Assembly: GCA_036507005.1 (NCBI GenBank)
Contig: DASXQT010000077.1
Coordinates: 33,626 to 97,625, forward strand
Length of the DNA: 64,000 nucleotides
Direction of reading: 5' to 3'
From: Candidatus Eiseniibacteriota bacterium
GTDB lineage: Bacteria > Eisenbacteria > RBG-16-71-46
Positions 48,228 to 58,900 of this stretch are shown piece by piece. How positions within the stretch are numbered: position 1 is the first letter of the stretch; the number at the start of each line of letters is the position of its first letter. The notes beneath the pieces are model-generated. The model ran no database searches. It had not been told where the DNA came from and was given only the letters and a program-made list of their open reading frames with translations. Both the position numbers and the translations under genes were made by a program.

Positions 48228-49928
48228 CTAGAACGTCGAGACCAGCCGCAGGTGGATCTTGCCCTCGAGCGGCGGGCGCCCGGGCTCGAGGCCGTAGTCG
48301 ATCCCGATCAGGCCGCCCGCGGCCTCGAGCCTCAGACCGAAGCCGACGCCGTCGCGCTCGAGGACATCGAGCCGGTCCGATCCGTCCGCGAGCGCCTCGC
48401 GCGTGCCCATCCAGGCGTGGTCCCAGAACAGGAACGCGCGCTGCGTCCGGCCCAGGAACCAGCGCCACTCGAGCCGCGACAGCGCGTAGCGATCCACGCG
48501 GAACTCCTCCTCGTCGTGCCCGCGCAGCGTGGCGGCGCCGCCGAGCGGATAGCGCTCGTAGAGCGGCAGCACGCGCTGCGAGCTGAAGCGTCCGGCGGCC
48601 GAGAGCTCGAGCCCGAGCCCGCTCGCCGGGCCGAGGGCGTGGGTCCACTCGCCGTGCGCCTCGGCCGCGCTCGCGCGCGCGGTGCGCCGCCCGCCGCTGC
48701 GCAGCCGCTCGCGCTTGAAGCTCTGGGTCGCGGAGAGCGCGACCTTCGAGCCCCGCCGCGGCGGACCCTGCGGGTCGAGCGTGGTGCGCTCCAGCGCGAA
48801 CACCGTGTTCTGCAGCGACGCCTCCTCCACCAGCCCCTGCGACTCCACCACGCGCTCCTGCTGGTAGCCGGCCTCGAGCTTCTCCGCCGCGGAGAGCAGG
48901 AACTGGAGCCGCCCTCCCCAGCGGGTGCGGACGTAGAGCGTGTCGTACACCTGCTGGTCGAGCGCCGCCTCGGCCCGGAGCGGCGTACCCAGCGCCAACG
49001 GCTCGACGTAGCGCGCGCCGAAGTTCGTGAGCCCGTGCCCGCGCGCCTGCCAGTCGAGCCCGAGCCCGCGCCCGGTGCCGAGCAGGTTGCCGAGCTCGAG
49101 CCCCGCCACGCCCACCGCTCCCCCGCGGCCCTGCACGCCGAAGGCGCCTTCGAAGCGGTTGTAGCGCGGCTCCTCCACGCGGTAGACGAGCTGGGCCGCG
49201 CTCCAGTCCCCCTCGCCTTCGAGCCCCTCGAACGAGACCGTGCGGAACAGCCCGAGCTGGGCCAGGCGGTCGCGGGCCGCGAGCGCCGCGTCGTGATCGT
49301 AGGGCACGCCGCTCACGCGCCCCAGCGCTCGCTGCGCGAGCGCCGCGCGCGTGACCCGCAGCCCCTCGACCCGCGCCCGCGTCACCGTCACGCGCGGCCC
49401 GAGCGCGCCGGCGAGCCGGAGCGCCACCGCCCCCGAGTCCTGCTGCCAGCCGCTCACGCCCAGCTCGGCGTAGGGGTACCCGTGGTCCACCACCTGGCGC
49501 AGGGCGCGCTCGATCGAAGCACCCACCGCGCCCGGCGCGGCGCGATCGCCGGGATGGAGGTCGAGCGCCGCGGCCAGCCGCGCCGAGTCCTCGCTCGCCC
49601 CGGCCACGATCGCGATCGGGCCCAATCGGTAGCGCGGCCCATCGAGGGTCTCGAGCACCAGTCGCGGCGCGCGCCCTCCCTCCCACCGGGCGCGCGCGCG
49701 CGCATCGAGGTGGCCCAGCTCCTGGAGCCGGTCCACGACGTCGGCGAGCGCCTGCGCGAGCGCCGCGGAGTCGCCGGGCGCGCGCAGCGCCGGCTGGACC
49801 AGGCTCTCCGCCTGGCGCGGCGTGAGCGCCGCGCCCCGGTAGTCGAGGCGCGCCGCGCCCGCGGCCTCGGGCGCGAGCCCGCACGCCGCGGCCAGCGCGA
49901 GCGCAGCGATGGCGACGATGCGGCTCAT
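48228..49928 (-). CDS. Omp85-family outer membrane protein (TamA/BamA-like; POTRA plus surface antigen D15 barrel), lipobox-type signal
   Basis: C-terminal 566 aa of ORF 48228..51263 from ATG 49926-49928 (ATGA overlap with upstream stop). Signal MSRIVAIAALALAAACG, POTRA-like repeats, barrel ending ...GKIHLRLVSTF. Confidence 0.8.
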   Translation of the reverse strand: MSRIVAIAALALAAACGLAPEAAGAARLDYRGAALTPRQAESLVQPALRAPGDSAALAQALADVVDRLQELGHLDARARARWEGGRAPRLVLETLDGPRYRLGPIAIVAGASEDSARLAAALDLHPGDRAAPGAVGASIERALRQVVDHGYPYAELGVSGWQQDSGAVALRLAGALGPRVTVTRARVEGLRVTRAALAQRALGRVSGVPYDHDAALAARDRLAQLGLFRTVSFEGLEGEGDWSAAQLVYRVEEPRYNRFEGAFGVQGRGGAVGVAGLELGNLLGTGRGLGLDWQARGHGLTNFGARYVEPLALGTPLRAEAALDQQVYDTLYVRTRWGGRLQFLLSAAEKLEAGYQQERVVESQGLVEEASLQNTVFALERTTLDPQGPPRRGSKVALSATQSFKRERLRSGGRRTARASAAEAHGEWTHALGPASGLGLELSAAGRFSSQRVLPLYERYPLGGAATLRGHDEEEFRVDRYALSRLEWRWFLGRTQRAFLFWDHAWMGTREALADGSDRLDVLERDGVGFGLRLEAAGGLIGIDYGLEPGRPPLEGKIHLRLVSTF

Positions 49929-52900
49929 CAAAAGAACGCCCTCAGCTCGGCGCGGCCGGTGGTGATGGTCCCGCCGCGCGGCGCGTCGCGCAGCGCGAGG
50001 CTCAGGGCGACCGTGGTGCTCTCGCGCACCCGGTAGTCGAAGCGCGAGGTCCCCTCCCAGCGCGCGGGCGCGAGCGCGTCCAGCACCGGGAGCAGCGTCG
50101 CCACGGGCGGGCCCTGGACGAAGGAGCGTCGCGCGCCGAGCTCGATGCGGCCGCGCGGGCCAACCGCGAGGCCGAGATCGGGGCCGAGCTTCAGGGTGCG
50201 CGTGTACTCGGGCTGGCCCTCGGGCCGCACCCACGATGCGTCCACCGTGCCCGCGGCCCGCAGCCGCGCATCGGGCGTGACGACGATCTGGCCCGATCCC
50301 CCGCTCTCGATCAGGACCCGGGCGTAGCCGGCCCCGCCGAGCAGCGACTGCGCGGCCTCCTGGCGCTTGAGGCGGCTCGCGAGCTCGGCCGTGACCGTCG
50401 TCGCGGGACGCGCGCGCCAGCGCGCCTCGAGCGCACGCTGGTCCACGGTCTGCGCGTAGTTGTCGTAGCCGCGGTCCGCCGACACCCGGCGCTCGGCGAA
50501 CAGCCGCACCGCGCCGGCATGCGAGGCGGGCGCCAGCTCGCACTCCAGGCGCTGGAGCACGGCGGCGCGCGCGAGCGCGCCGTCGGTCAGCGCGGCGCCC
50601 GGCGAGATCACGGCGTCGCTCGCGCGCAGCTCGCCGCGGCGCCGCGCGTCGCCCTCGAACGCGAACTCGAGCCGCGAGCCCCGCCAGGCGTCCGAGGGGC
50701 CGAACTGCCACCCGATCCGGGCACTGAGCGCGGCGCGCGCCACGCGGTCGAGCCCGTCGGCCACGCCCTCGCCCAGCACGTAGTCGCCGCGCCCGACGAA
50801 GTTGCCGAGCGCATCGTACTGGCCGAGGCCGGAGCCCGCGAACACCAGCGTCCGGGTGCGGCGGCTCTCGCCCTCGCTCGTGACCTCGAGGTCGAGCGAG
50901 CCGTTCCAGTTGCGTTTGGCGTCGTCGGCCTTGAGCCGCACGCTCGCGAGGTCGCTGCGCGAGCGGGTGCCGCCCGCGACCGGGTCGAAGTCGCGGCGCT
51001 GGAGGGCCACGGCTCCGGTCCACGCCTTGCCCGCCGGGCTCTCGAAGCCCAGGTTCCAGGTGCGCGCCTCGTCGCGGTCCGCGAAGCCCGCGGCCCCGAG
51101 CGCGGCCGAGCGCCGCAGCGTGAACCCCGAGCGCGCGTGCCACGCGAAGCGCGGCGCGCTCGCCAGCTCGAGCGCCCCCTCGCGGACGCGCTCGCCCGCC
51201 TGCGCGCTGTCGCCCGGCGTGCGGCGCTCGTCGCTCTCCGCGCGCAGCGCGGGCTCGAGCCACGGCAGCCTAAGCCGCAGCTCGCCGCGCGCGCGCTCGC
51301 GGCCGCCGTCGCGGAACCGGCGCGCCGGGTCCTTCGCGTCCGCGCGCTCGAACGAGCCCCGCAGCGCCACCTTGCCCTCGCGCGCCCACTCGAAGGCGCG
51401 GCGCAGCGACTCGAACCCGCCGGGGAGCCCGAGGCGCGCCAGGCTCGCGCGCAGCTCGCCGCCGAACTCCGGCTTCCAGTGCCCGGTGACCTCGAACCGC
51501 TGCTGGTGCTCGAGGTCGGCCGCGACCGGCAGGCCCCAGTCCTCCTGGGCGAACGGGCGGTCGAGCCGGCTGAACGCCGCGAAGCGCCGGCCCACGCCCC
51601 GCGCCAGAAGGGCGAGGCCTCCCTGCCCCAGGCCCCGCGGCAGCGCGCCTTCGAGCGCCACCGAGGCGCGCCCGGCCTGCCCCAGGTTGTCGCCGTCGTC
51701 CAGCGTCGAGAACGCGTTCAGGTCGCGGCGCGACACCGCGCCCTCGGCCTCGACCGAGACCGCCCCGAGGCGCGCCCCGCCCCCCACCACCCAGAGCTGG
51801 TGGGTCTCGGGCAGCGGCAGCGCCCGACCCACCACGTAGTCGCCGTGGCCCGCGCCGGCGTAGCGATACGCGGTGCGCCCCGAGACGCTCGCGGAATCGG
51901 CGTAGTCGCCGCGTCCCGGGCCGATCCGCGCGAAGCGCACCGCGAAGGCCCCCGAGTCGGCGCCGGCGTAGGCGTAGGCCAGCGCCCCCTGGGCGGTGCG
52001 CACCGTGTCGTAGTCGCCGCCGCCCGGCGTCACGCCGGGCGAGAGCGCGCGGCTCGCCGAGTCGCCCGCGAACTGGAGCGCCAGGCGGTCCGCAGCGTCC
52101 AGGGTGAGGTCGAGCGGGCGCCCGCGATCGTCGCCCTCGCTCAGCACCCGGGTGAACGCGTGCGCGGTGCCGCCCTGCCAGCGCCCGTCGATGGCGGCGA
52201 GGTTGCGGCGGAAGCGGTTGACCGCGAACTGGTACTCGACCGTGATGCGCGATGCGGAGGAGATCGGCCGCCGGTTCGAGAACGTGATCTGGGCGCGCTC
52301 GTAGTCGATCGAGTAGTCGGCGCCCTCGCCCCGGGTCATGCGGGCGCCGTCCACGGTGACGATCTCGCTGCCCGCCACCACCGACACCGCGTTGGCGCCG
52401 TCGCGGTCGGTCAGCGTGTAAGGCCCCTGCCGGCCCTCGACGCCGAGGAACTGCATGCGGTTGTACTCGCCCTGGGCGCTCGCGGCCGCCGCGGTGCCCT
52501 GGAAGCCCGCCCCGCCCCACTCGGCGCGCACGCCCTGCAGCCGGCGCTCGAGCCGCCCGAACTCGCCCTCGGGGAGCGTGAGCGTCACGTCGCCGAGCGC
52601 GGCGCTCCCCTGCGGGGTCTTGAGCTCGATCAGCACGCGGTCGAGCGACTGGAGGTCCTGGGTGGAGCCCGACTCGGTGAGCGGCGTGTTGCGGTCCGAG
52701 AGCACTCCGGTGAGCTGCACGCCGGGAGCGAGCGTTCCGCTCAGCGCCAGGTCGAGGCTCTGCCGGAGAAACGCGTCCTGGGCCGAGCCGAACTCCACCG
52801 CCAGCGTCTTGTTGCCGGTCACGCTGAGCGAAGCCCCGGCGGGGGCCGCGGTCGGATCGCGCGACAGCCCGGGGCGCAGCGGCGGCGGGGCGGCCTCGGG

Positions 52901-53284
52901 TGCCGCGCTGTCGGCCGCGGCCAGCGCGCGCGGCCGGTAGCTCATCAGCCTGAGCCCGAGCGGCGGCGGATGGAGGAGCCAGCACGCGGAGACCCACAGC
53001 GTGTCGCCCGGGATCGGGGCGGCGGTGAGGCGCACCTGCCCGCGCAGGGCATCGAGGTCGTAGTCCCTGCCGCGCCGCAACGGACCCGCGCGGGTCCAGA
53101 GTGAATCGCTTCCGGGCCGGAGGAACGAGTGGGGCAGCGCGTAGGCCAGGGCGCCCTCGCGCGCGACCAGCGGGATCACGCCGCACCCGGGATCCTCCAT
53201 GGCCTCCGCCGCGCGTGCGGCACGCGGGAGGAAGAGCAGCGCCGCGAGCGCGGCGCACCGGACGATCCGGTGAGGGCCCGCCAC
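49928..53284 (-). CDS. Large (1118-aa) secreted/outer-membrane-associated protein of unknown function, translationally coupled to the downstream Omp85 gene
   Basis: Clean signal peptide MAGPHRIVRCAALAALLFLPRAARAAEA. Gly/Ala/Arg/Asp-rich with alternating beta-like segments. Ends ...TTGRAELRAFF (aromatic C-terminus). No recognisable catalytic motif. Confidence 0.55.
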   Translation of the reverse strand: MAGPHRIVRCAALAALLFLPRAARAAEAMEDPGCGVIPLVAREGALAYALPHSFLRPGSDSLWTRAGPLRRGRDYDLDALRGQVRLTAAPIPGDTLWVSACWLLHPPPLGLRLMSYRPRALAAADSAAPEAAPPPLRPGLSRDPTAAPAGASLSVTGNKTLAVEFGSAQDAFLRQSLDLALSGTLAPGVQLTGVLSDRNTPLTESGSTQDLQSLDRVLIELKTPQGSAALGDVTLTLPEGEFGRLERRLQGVRAEWGGAGFQGTAAAASAQGEYNRMQFLGVEGRQGPYTLTDRDGANAVSVVAGSEIVTVDGARMTRGEGADYSIDYERAQITFSNRRPISSASRITVEYQFAVNRFRRNLAAIDGRWQGGTAHAFTRVLSEGDDRGRPLDLTLDAADRLALQFAGDSASRALSPGVTPGGGDYDTVRTAQGALAYAYAGADSGAFAVRFARIGPGRGDYADSASVSGRTAYRYAGAGHGDYVVGRALPLPETHQLWVVGGGARLGAVSVEAEGAVSRRDLNAFSTLDDGDNLGQAGRASVALEGALPRGLGQGGLALLARGVGRRFAAFSRLDRPFAQEDWGLPVAADLEHQQRFEVTGHWKPEFGGELRASLARLGLPGGFESLRRAFEWAREGKVALRGSFERADAKDPARRFRDGGRERARGELRLRLPWLEPALRAESDERRTPGDSAQAGERVREGALELASAPRFAWHARSGFTLRRSAALGAAGFADRDEARTWNLGFESPAGKAWTGAVALQRRDFDPVAGGTRSRSDLASVRLKADDAKRNWNGSLDLEVTSEGESRRTRTLVFAGSGLGQYDALGNFVGRGDYVLGEGVADGLDRVARAALSARIGWQFGPSDAWRGSRLEFAFEGDARRRGELRASDAVISPGAALTDGALARAAVLQRLECELAPASHAGAVRLFAERRVSADRGYDNYAQTVDQRALEARWRARPATTVTAELASRLKRQEAAQSLLGGAGYARVLIESGGSGQIVVTPDARLRAAGTVDASWVRPEGQPEYTRTLKLGPDLGLAVGPRGRIELGARRSFVQGPPVATLLPVLDALAPARWEGTSRFDYRVRESTTVALSLALRDAPRGGTITTGRAELRAFF

Positions 53285-53287
53285 GGG

Positions 53288-54259
53288 CTACTCCTCGCCG
53301 GCGGCCGGGAGCCGGGCGGTGCGCTCGAGCGTGAACCGGCGGACCTGGCCGGAGCGCGCCTCTCCGACCAGCAGGGAGCCGTCGCGGGCGAACGCCAGAG
53401 CGCGCGGACCTTCGAGCCCCTGGAGCGCGGCGAGCACCCGGCCCGAGCGATCGAAGACCCACAGCCGGCCGGCGCTCTCGTCGGCGATCGCCGTGCGCGC
53501 CGAGTCGTCCACCGCGACCGGCAGCGCGCCGCGGCCGGGCCGCACGTCGAGCGGCCACGAAGCCAGCGCCCGGCCGCCCGCATCCATCCGCTGGGCCCGG
53601 GCGTTCACCCGCTCGGCCGCGACCAGCTCGCCGCGCGGACCGGCCGCCACGCCGCTCAGGCCGCGGAACGAGCCGGGGCGCGCGCCGAGGCCGCCCAGCA
53701 CGCGGGTGAGGCGTCCGGAGAAATCGAATGCCAGCACGCGCTCGCCGTCGCGGTCGGCGAGGAACAGCGCCCCGCCCCGGTCGGCGGCGATCGCCACCGG
53801 GTCCACGCGCCCCACCGCGGCGTCGACGTCGGGGCCGAGCAGGTCGATCAGCGTTCCGAGCCTGCGGCCGAAGAGGTCGTAGGACTCGACCCGGCGGTTC
53901 TCGAGGTCCAGCACCGCGACGCTCAGGGTTCCGAGCAGCGCGACCCCGCCCGGGCGGCGGAGCTGGCCGGGATCGCTGCCGAGCGAGCCCGACTCGCCGA
54001 GCCAGGCGCCGCGCGCGTCGTAGCGCTTGAGGCAGTGGAGCGACGCGTCGGAGACGTAGAGGCGCCCGAACGCATCCACGGCGATCCCGCTCGGCTCGGC
54101 GAGCCGGCTGCGCGCGTCCGCGCTCGCGATCGCCGGGCCCGCGGCCACGAGTGCCCAGGGCAGCGAGTCCGCCGCCGCGCCGGGGGAGGCGGCGAGGGTC
54201 GAGCTCGCGAGCAGCGCCAGCCAGGACACGGGCGTCAGAACCGCGCGCGGACTCCGCAC
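53288..54259 (-). CDS. NHL-repeat beta-propeller protein, secreted
   Basis: C-terminal ~320 aa of ORF 53288..55075. Signal-like LTPVSWLALLASSTLAASPGAAA. Repeated ...G(R/L)L(Y/F)V(S/A)D...G...V motifs (PSGIAVDAFGRLYVSDAS, PGGVALLGTLSVAVLD, GALFLADRDGERVLAFD, PRALAFARDGSLLVGEA). First in-frame standard start is GTG at 54257-54259 (25-nt overlap with upstream gene); start uncertain. Confidence 0.6.
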   Translation of the reverse strand: MRSPRAVLTPVSWLALLASSTLAASPGAAADSLPWALVAAGPAIASADARSRLAEPSGIAVDAFGRLYVSDASLHCLKRYDARGAWLGESGSLGSDPGQLRRPGGVALLGTLSVAVLDLENRRVESYDLFGRRLGTLIDLLGPDVDAAVGRVDPVAIAADRGGALFLADRDGERVLAFDFSGRLTRVLGGLGARPGSFRGLSGVAAGPRGELVAAERVNARAQRMDAGGRALASWPLDVRPGRGALPVAVDDSARTAIADESAGRLWVFDRSGRVLAALQGLEGPRALAFARDGSLLVGEARSGQVRRFTLERTARLPAAGEE

Positions 54260-55164
54260 CGGAACGCCATGGCGTCCTCGGCCGCGCCCGGCGCCACCTC
54301 GAAGTTCCACGAGTGCTTGCCGGAGTCCTGCCGCCCCGCCAGCCGCGCGGCGTGGAGCGCGCTCACGAACCGGTTCGCGATCGCCACCGCCACCGCGGTG
54401 TTGGCGCGCTGCGCGGCGCGCTGCGCGTCCTTGCGCTGCGCCCGGTAGCGCAGCAGGTCCCCGTCGCTCTTCCAGCTCCACGCGTTCCGTCCGGTGAGCG
54501 AGTGCGAGGCGATGTAGGCCCAGTACCGGTCGGGATCGTCGTAGTAGAGGTTGGCCGCGTCGCGCGCGACCACGTAGAGGTTGTACTCGTCGTTGCTGCG
54601 GAACCCGCCCACGATGCGGCGGAACTCCTCGTCCCGGCCGTGCAGATCGATCCCCGCCAGCAGGCGCGCCGAGCGTTCGTAGCTCTGGCGCCGCAGCTGC
54701 TCCTGGATGCGGAACGACGTGAAGGTCGCCCACACGCCGGCCTCGGCAAGCAGGAAGAGCTTGGCCGAGCCCTTCCTTCCGATCGTGGCCTGCCCCCAGC
54801 CCGGCACGGTGAGCGAGCGCAGCAGGATCTGCGCCCGCGCCGCGCTCAGCATCGGCAGCCCGGCGCGCCCCCGCTCCTTCGAGGTGATCGGGCGCGTCTT
54901 GCCGCGGCCGAGACCGATCCACTCCAGCGTAGGCGCCTCGAGCGCGAGCGCCGAGGCCATGGGCGGCGGCGCGGGACGGCCGGCCCCGAGGACGGGCGAG
55001 GTCGCCGCGCCGCTCCACTCCTCCGCCGCCGCGGGGGCGGCGAACGCGCGCGCCGCCTCCGGAAGCGCCGCGCACTCGCGCGGCGCGAGCGCCGCGGCCA
55101 GCGCGAGCGCGAGCGCAACCGCGGCGGCGGGCGCGAGTCGCGAACCGAGCGCAGCCCGGCTCAT
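54235..55164 (-). CDS. Secreted protein, paralog B of a tandem pair (DUF; possibly Bacteroidota-type DUF5683-like)
   Basis: 309 aa. Signal MSRAALGSRLAPAAAVALALALAAALA; AGGAGG Shine-Dalgarno. ATG overlaps upstream stop (ATGA). Shares ...PGWG...KLFLLAEAGVW... and ...NRFVSALHAARLAG with the upstream 262-aa protein. Confidence 0.5.
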   Translation of the reverse strand: MSRAALGSRLAPAAAVALALALAAALAPRECAALPEAARAFAAPAAAEEWSGAATSPVLGAGRPAPPPMASALALEAPTLEWIGLGRGKTRPITSKERGRAGLPMLSAARAQILLRSLTVPGWGQATIGRKGSAKLFLLAEAGVWATFTSFRIQEQLRRQSYERSARLLAGIDLHGRDEEFRRIVGGFRSNDEYNLYVVARDAANLYYDDPDRYWAYIASHSLTGRNAWSWKSDGDLLRYRAQRKDAQRAAQRANTAVAVAIANRFVSALHAARLAGRQDSGKHSWNFEVAPGAAEDAMAFRCGVRARF

Positions 55165-55952
55165 CAGAACCTCCTCTCGAGGCAGGCGGTCACCGACGGC
55201 GATCCCAGGCCGCCCGCGGCCTTCACCTTGAGCTGCAGGTTGCGGCGCAGCGGCAGGTTGCCGATGCGCGCGGCGCGCAGCGCGTCGAGGGCCGCGACCA
55301 GGTGGTTGATCCAGATTCCCGTCGTGGCGTAGCGCTTGCGCGCCAGCATGCCGTCCGCGCGATCCAAGAAGTTGCGGAACTCGTCACGCGGCGGGATGGC
55401 GCGCACCTGCCAGCCTCCGGCGTAGGCCGGATCGCGCGCGATGCGCTCGTTGAACGTCGAGCGGTCGAGCTGGTAGAGCGCGCGCATCTCGGTGGCGTCT
55501 CCCCCGCCGCTTTCTTCCCAGCGCGCGAAGCTCCAGGCGGCCGAGCTGTCCGCCGGGTTGCCGAGGAACACCCCGGCCGACTCGCGCAGCCGGTCGCTGC
55601 GGCTGTCGAAGTGCCGCCGGGCGACCCAGCCGCCCGCCTCCAGCAGCGCGAACACGAAACCGGAGCTCTCGCCCAGGTAGGCGTGGCCCGCGCCCGGGAC
55701 CGCCCCGGAGAGCGCCATGGCCCAGCCCTCGGATTTCCAGTCGGGCAGCGAGATCTCCGCGTAGGTGGAATCCTCCGAGAGCCCCCAGGAGCGCGTGATC
55801 GTGCGCTGCGCCAGGACGAGCTCGGGCTTCGCGCCGTCGTGGATCAGGGGGAGCGCGAGCGGCGAGCCGTTCAGCGCCCCGGCGCTCGCGGCCGGCGCGG
55901 CGAGCGCCGCGCACGCGGCGGCGAGCAGCACGAAGGCCGGGCCGTTCCTCAT
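55164..55952 (-). CDS. Secreted protein, paralog A of a tandem pair
   Basis: C-terminal 262 aa of ORF 55164..59312 from ATG 55950-55952 (ATGA overlap with M6 protease stop). Signal MRNGPAFVLLAAACAALAAPAASAGA. Motifs ...VPGAGHAYLGESSGFVFALLEAGGWV... and ...NHLVAALDALRAARIGN mirror paralog B. Confidence 0.5.
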   Translation of the reverse strand: MRNGPAFVLLAAACAALAAPAASAGALNGSPLALPLIHDGAKPELVLAQRTITRSWGLSEDSTYAEISLPDWKSEGWAMALSGAVPGAGHAYLGESSGFVFALLEAGGWVARRHFDSRSDRLRESAGVFLGNPADSSAAWSFARWEESGGGDATEMRALYQLDRSTFNERIARDPAYAGGWQVRAIPPRDEFRNFLDRADGMLARKRYATTGIWINHLVAALDALRAARIGNLPLRRNLQLKVKAAGGLGSPSVTACLERRF

Positions 55953-58900
55953 CGGATGATCCCCAGCGGCAGCACCTGGACCTCCTCGCGCCCGGCCGCG
56001 CTGAACTTGAGCCGCGCCAGGTAGAGCCCGGCCGGGAGCGATCCCGGATCCCACACCTCGAGGTTGTCCGCGCGCTCTCCGCCGCGCGAGAACGATGCCA
56101 CCTCGTGGCCCGAGGAGTCGAGGATGCGGAACTCGACCCGCGCCGGCTCGCTGAGCTGGTAGGCGAAGGACACGGGCTTCCGCCGCGCCGGATTGGGGAA
56201 CGCCTTGAGCGAGCCCCGCACCAGCGGCCCCGCGGAGGGCGGAGGCGTGGGCGACAGCCCCGAGGCGGGAAGCGAGGAGGTGCGCTGCGCATCGCCCCCC
56301 AGCATGCGCCACGGATGGGCCGCGAGCGGCGCGGCCGGCACCGGCAGGGAGTAGGCGAAGAGCTGGCCGAAGCGATCGGGCGCCACGATCTCGAGCAGCC
56401 CGTCGCCGTCGAGGTCGGCGGCGACCGCCGAGCCGCCCGCGCCGGACCCGGTCGCGAGCGGCCAGCCCTCGGGCGTGGCGCCGGCGGCGTCCAACGCCGC
56501 CAGCATCCCGCTCGTGTTGGGCGCCACGATCTCGCTCCTCCCGTCGCCGTTCACGTCGAGCGCGAGCGGCGGGCTCAGGGTGGGAAAGCGCCGCGGCGCG
56601 CGCGGCTCGGTGAGCACCGAGTCCTCGCCCAGCACGCCCTCCGGCGATCCGGCGCGCGGCCAGCCCGGCGACGGGTAGCCGCTCAGGTTCACGAACGCCA
56701 CCTTCGAGGTCCGGGTCTGCGTGAGCACCTCGGGGAACCCGTCGCCGTCGGGATCGCCGGCTCCGAGTGCTCCCACCAGCGTGTCGCCGTTCTCGCGGCC
56801 CCAGCCCCGCAGCGGGCTGCCCTCGGCGCAGAACGCCCACAGCCGCGTGGTCTCGTGCGCCACCAGCTCCGGCAGCCCCGCGCGGCAGCCGCTCGGATTG
56901 CCGCCCGCGGATCCGGCACCGTCGAAATCGAGCCACAGGAAATCGGGGGCGAAATCCGTCCGGGTCGCGAGCCGCTGCGGCCAGCCGGAGAGCGGCGTCA
57001 TCACCGCCGAGCCGTCGAGCGCCCACACCGCGACGTCGCCGATCGAATCGCCGGCCGCCACCAGCCAGCCCGAGGTCGTGCCGCCTGCGGGCAGCGGGAT
57101 CGAGGAGGCGGCCGCCACGGCGAGCCGCCCGCTCACCGCCCCCGGAAGGGGATCGCGGCTGCGCGCGACCACCGAGCCGTTCAGGTTGTAGGCGTAGACG
57201 TAGCCGTCCGCGCCGCCCACCAGCACGCTCGCCACCGGGAAGGCACCCGCGAACACCGGCGGCGTGCTCACCACCGGCGAGGACGCCGGCGGCCAGCCCG
57301 CCCAGGGCTGGCCGGCGTTGGCCGGGTCGGCGTCGATCAGCAGCACCTGGCCCCCGCTCCCGCCCCTCGCGTAGGTCGAGACGGCGAGCAGCGAAGGGCC
57401 CTGGCCGCCGGCCCCGCGCGGGAGCGCCGCGAGCGGCGGCCGCGGGCGGTCGGACAGCGTGGTGAGCGCCAGCGAGGATCCGAGGATGCCGAGCCCGTTC
57501 CGCCGCACAACGAAGATGTCGTTCGCGCCCGCGCCGGCCGTGTCCCCTCCCGCCCAGCACACCTCGAGGTCGGGCACGCCGTCCGCATCCACGGCGAGGA
57601 GCTGCGGGCCTCCGGGCGGGAAGTCGGCCGCCACCGGCCAGCCCGGCAGCTGCCAGGCACGGCGCGCGCTGAAGTGCATGGTGTCGTCGGGCTCGTCCAG
57701 GAAGTCGAGACGCAGGTGCGGCCGCGTGCGGGTGTTGGGGATCAGGCTGGGCAGCGTGGTGTCCGAGAGCGTCGGGTTGTTGCTCCGGTAGTACGGGTCG
57801 CGGTAGCTGCCGAACAGCAGTGGCGAGCCGAGGTCCCCGAGGTCCGCGAGCCCGTCGGCCTCGATCACCGACACCCCGAGCCGCCGCCGGTTGGTGTTCC
57901 AGCCGAAGTCGCCGTTCACGCGCAGCGAGGTCGAGTAGGTCAGCACGCTGGCGTCGATGTGCCACACCAGGATGCCGCCGCCCGGGAGCAGGGCGTCGTA
58001 CTCGTAGGGGTCGGGAAAGGCGGGGCCGAGCACCACGTTGGTGACCGTGTCCCGGACGAGGACCAGCGTGTCGAGCCGGGCGAGCGCGCGGTTCTCCATC
58101 AGCAGGTACTCGTCGGAGGAGAGCGGAATCGCGCGCATGTCGGGATGGCGCTCGCCGTCGAGGATCTGCGTGCTCGCGCCGTCGTAGGCCACCTCTTCGA
58201 ACTGGAGCGCGCCGCCCACGAACGAGCGCTGGAAGGGATCGATGCTGGGCGGCAGGATCCCGGTCGCGAAGATGTCCCCCTGGCCCTCCCACACCACGGG
58301 CGCGCCCGCCAGGTTGCCGCTGTCCATCAGGCTCCACAGGCCCACCACCGGGATGCCGGTCTCGATGTCGTAGAGGTCGGCGAACCCGAACAGCAGATGC
58401 CCGCACTCGTGCGCGAGCAGTCCATTGATCGCCCCGTAGAATCCGTCCTGGTTGGCGGTCTCGGGGACGAACAAGGCCTCGCCGATCGGGCAGTAGGCGG
58501 CGAGCGTGTCGGCGGTGTCTGCCGGGCAGTCCTTGTAGGCGTTGGGGAAGACGACGCGGTCCGAGTCCGCGACCCCCAGGGTGAAGGTCGGGATGTCCTC
58601 CTTGCTGTCCTGGCGCACGTCGCTCTGCAGGTCGCTCCCGGCGTGGATGATGACCAGGCCGTCGTAGTCGCGCCACGGGATGCTGTCCCCGAGCACCCGG
58701 GCCTGGGCGTCCGCCGCCAGCAGGAAGGTTCGGAACATGTGCGCCGCGGCCGGGTAGATGCTCGAGCCGAACGCCCACGGGCCGAAGTCCGCCATGTCGC
58801 TCACCCGGTACGCCAGGCTGTCCGCCGGCGATCCGTCGGCCTTCTTGCGCGGCCAGACCTCGCCCTGGATGTCCACCGCCCCGTAGCTCTGGGCATGGTA

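Noticed and set aside
47286-53104. Plus-strand ORFs 47286-50036 (916 aa) and 50519-53104 (861 aa)
   Set aside because: Antisense to the HNH, Omp85 and 1118-aa genes; Arg/Gly/Ala-rich with no features.
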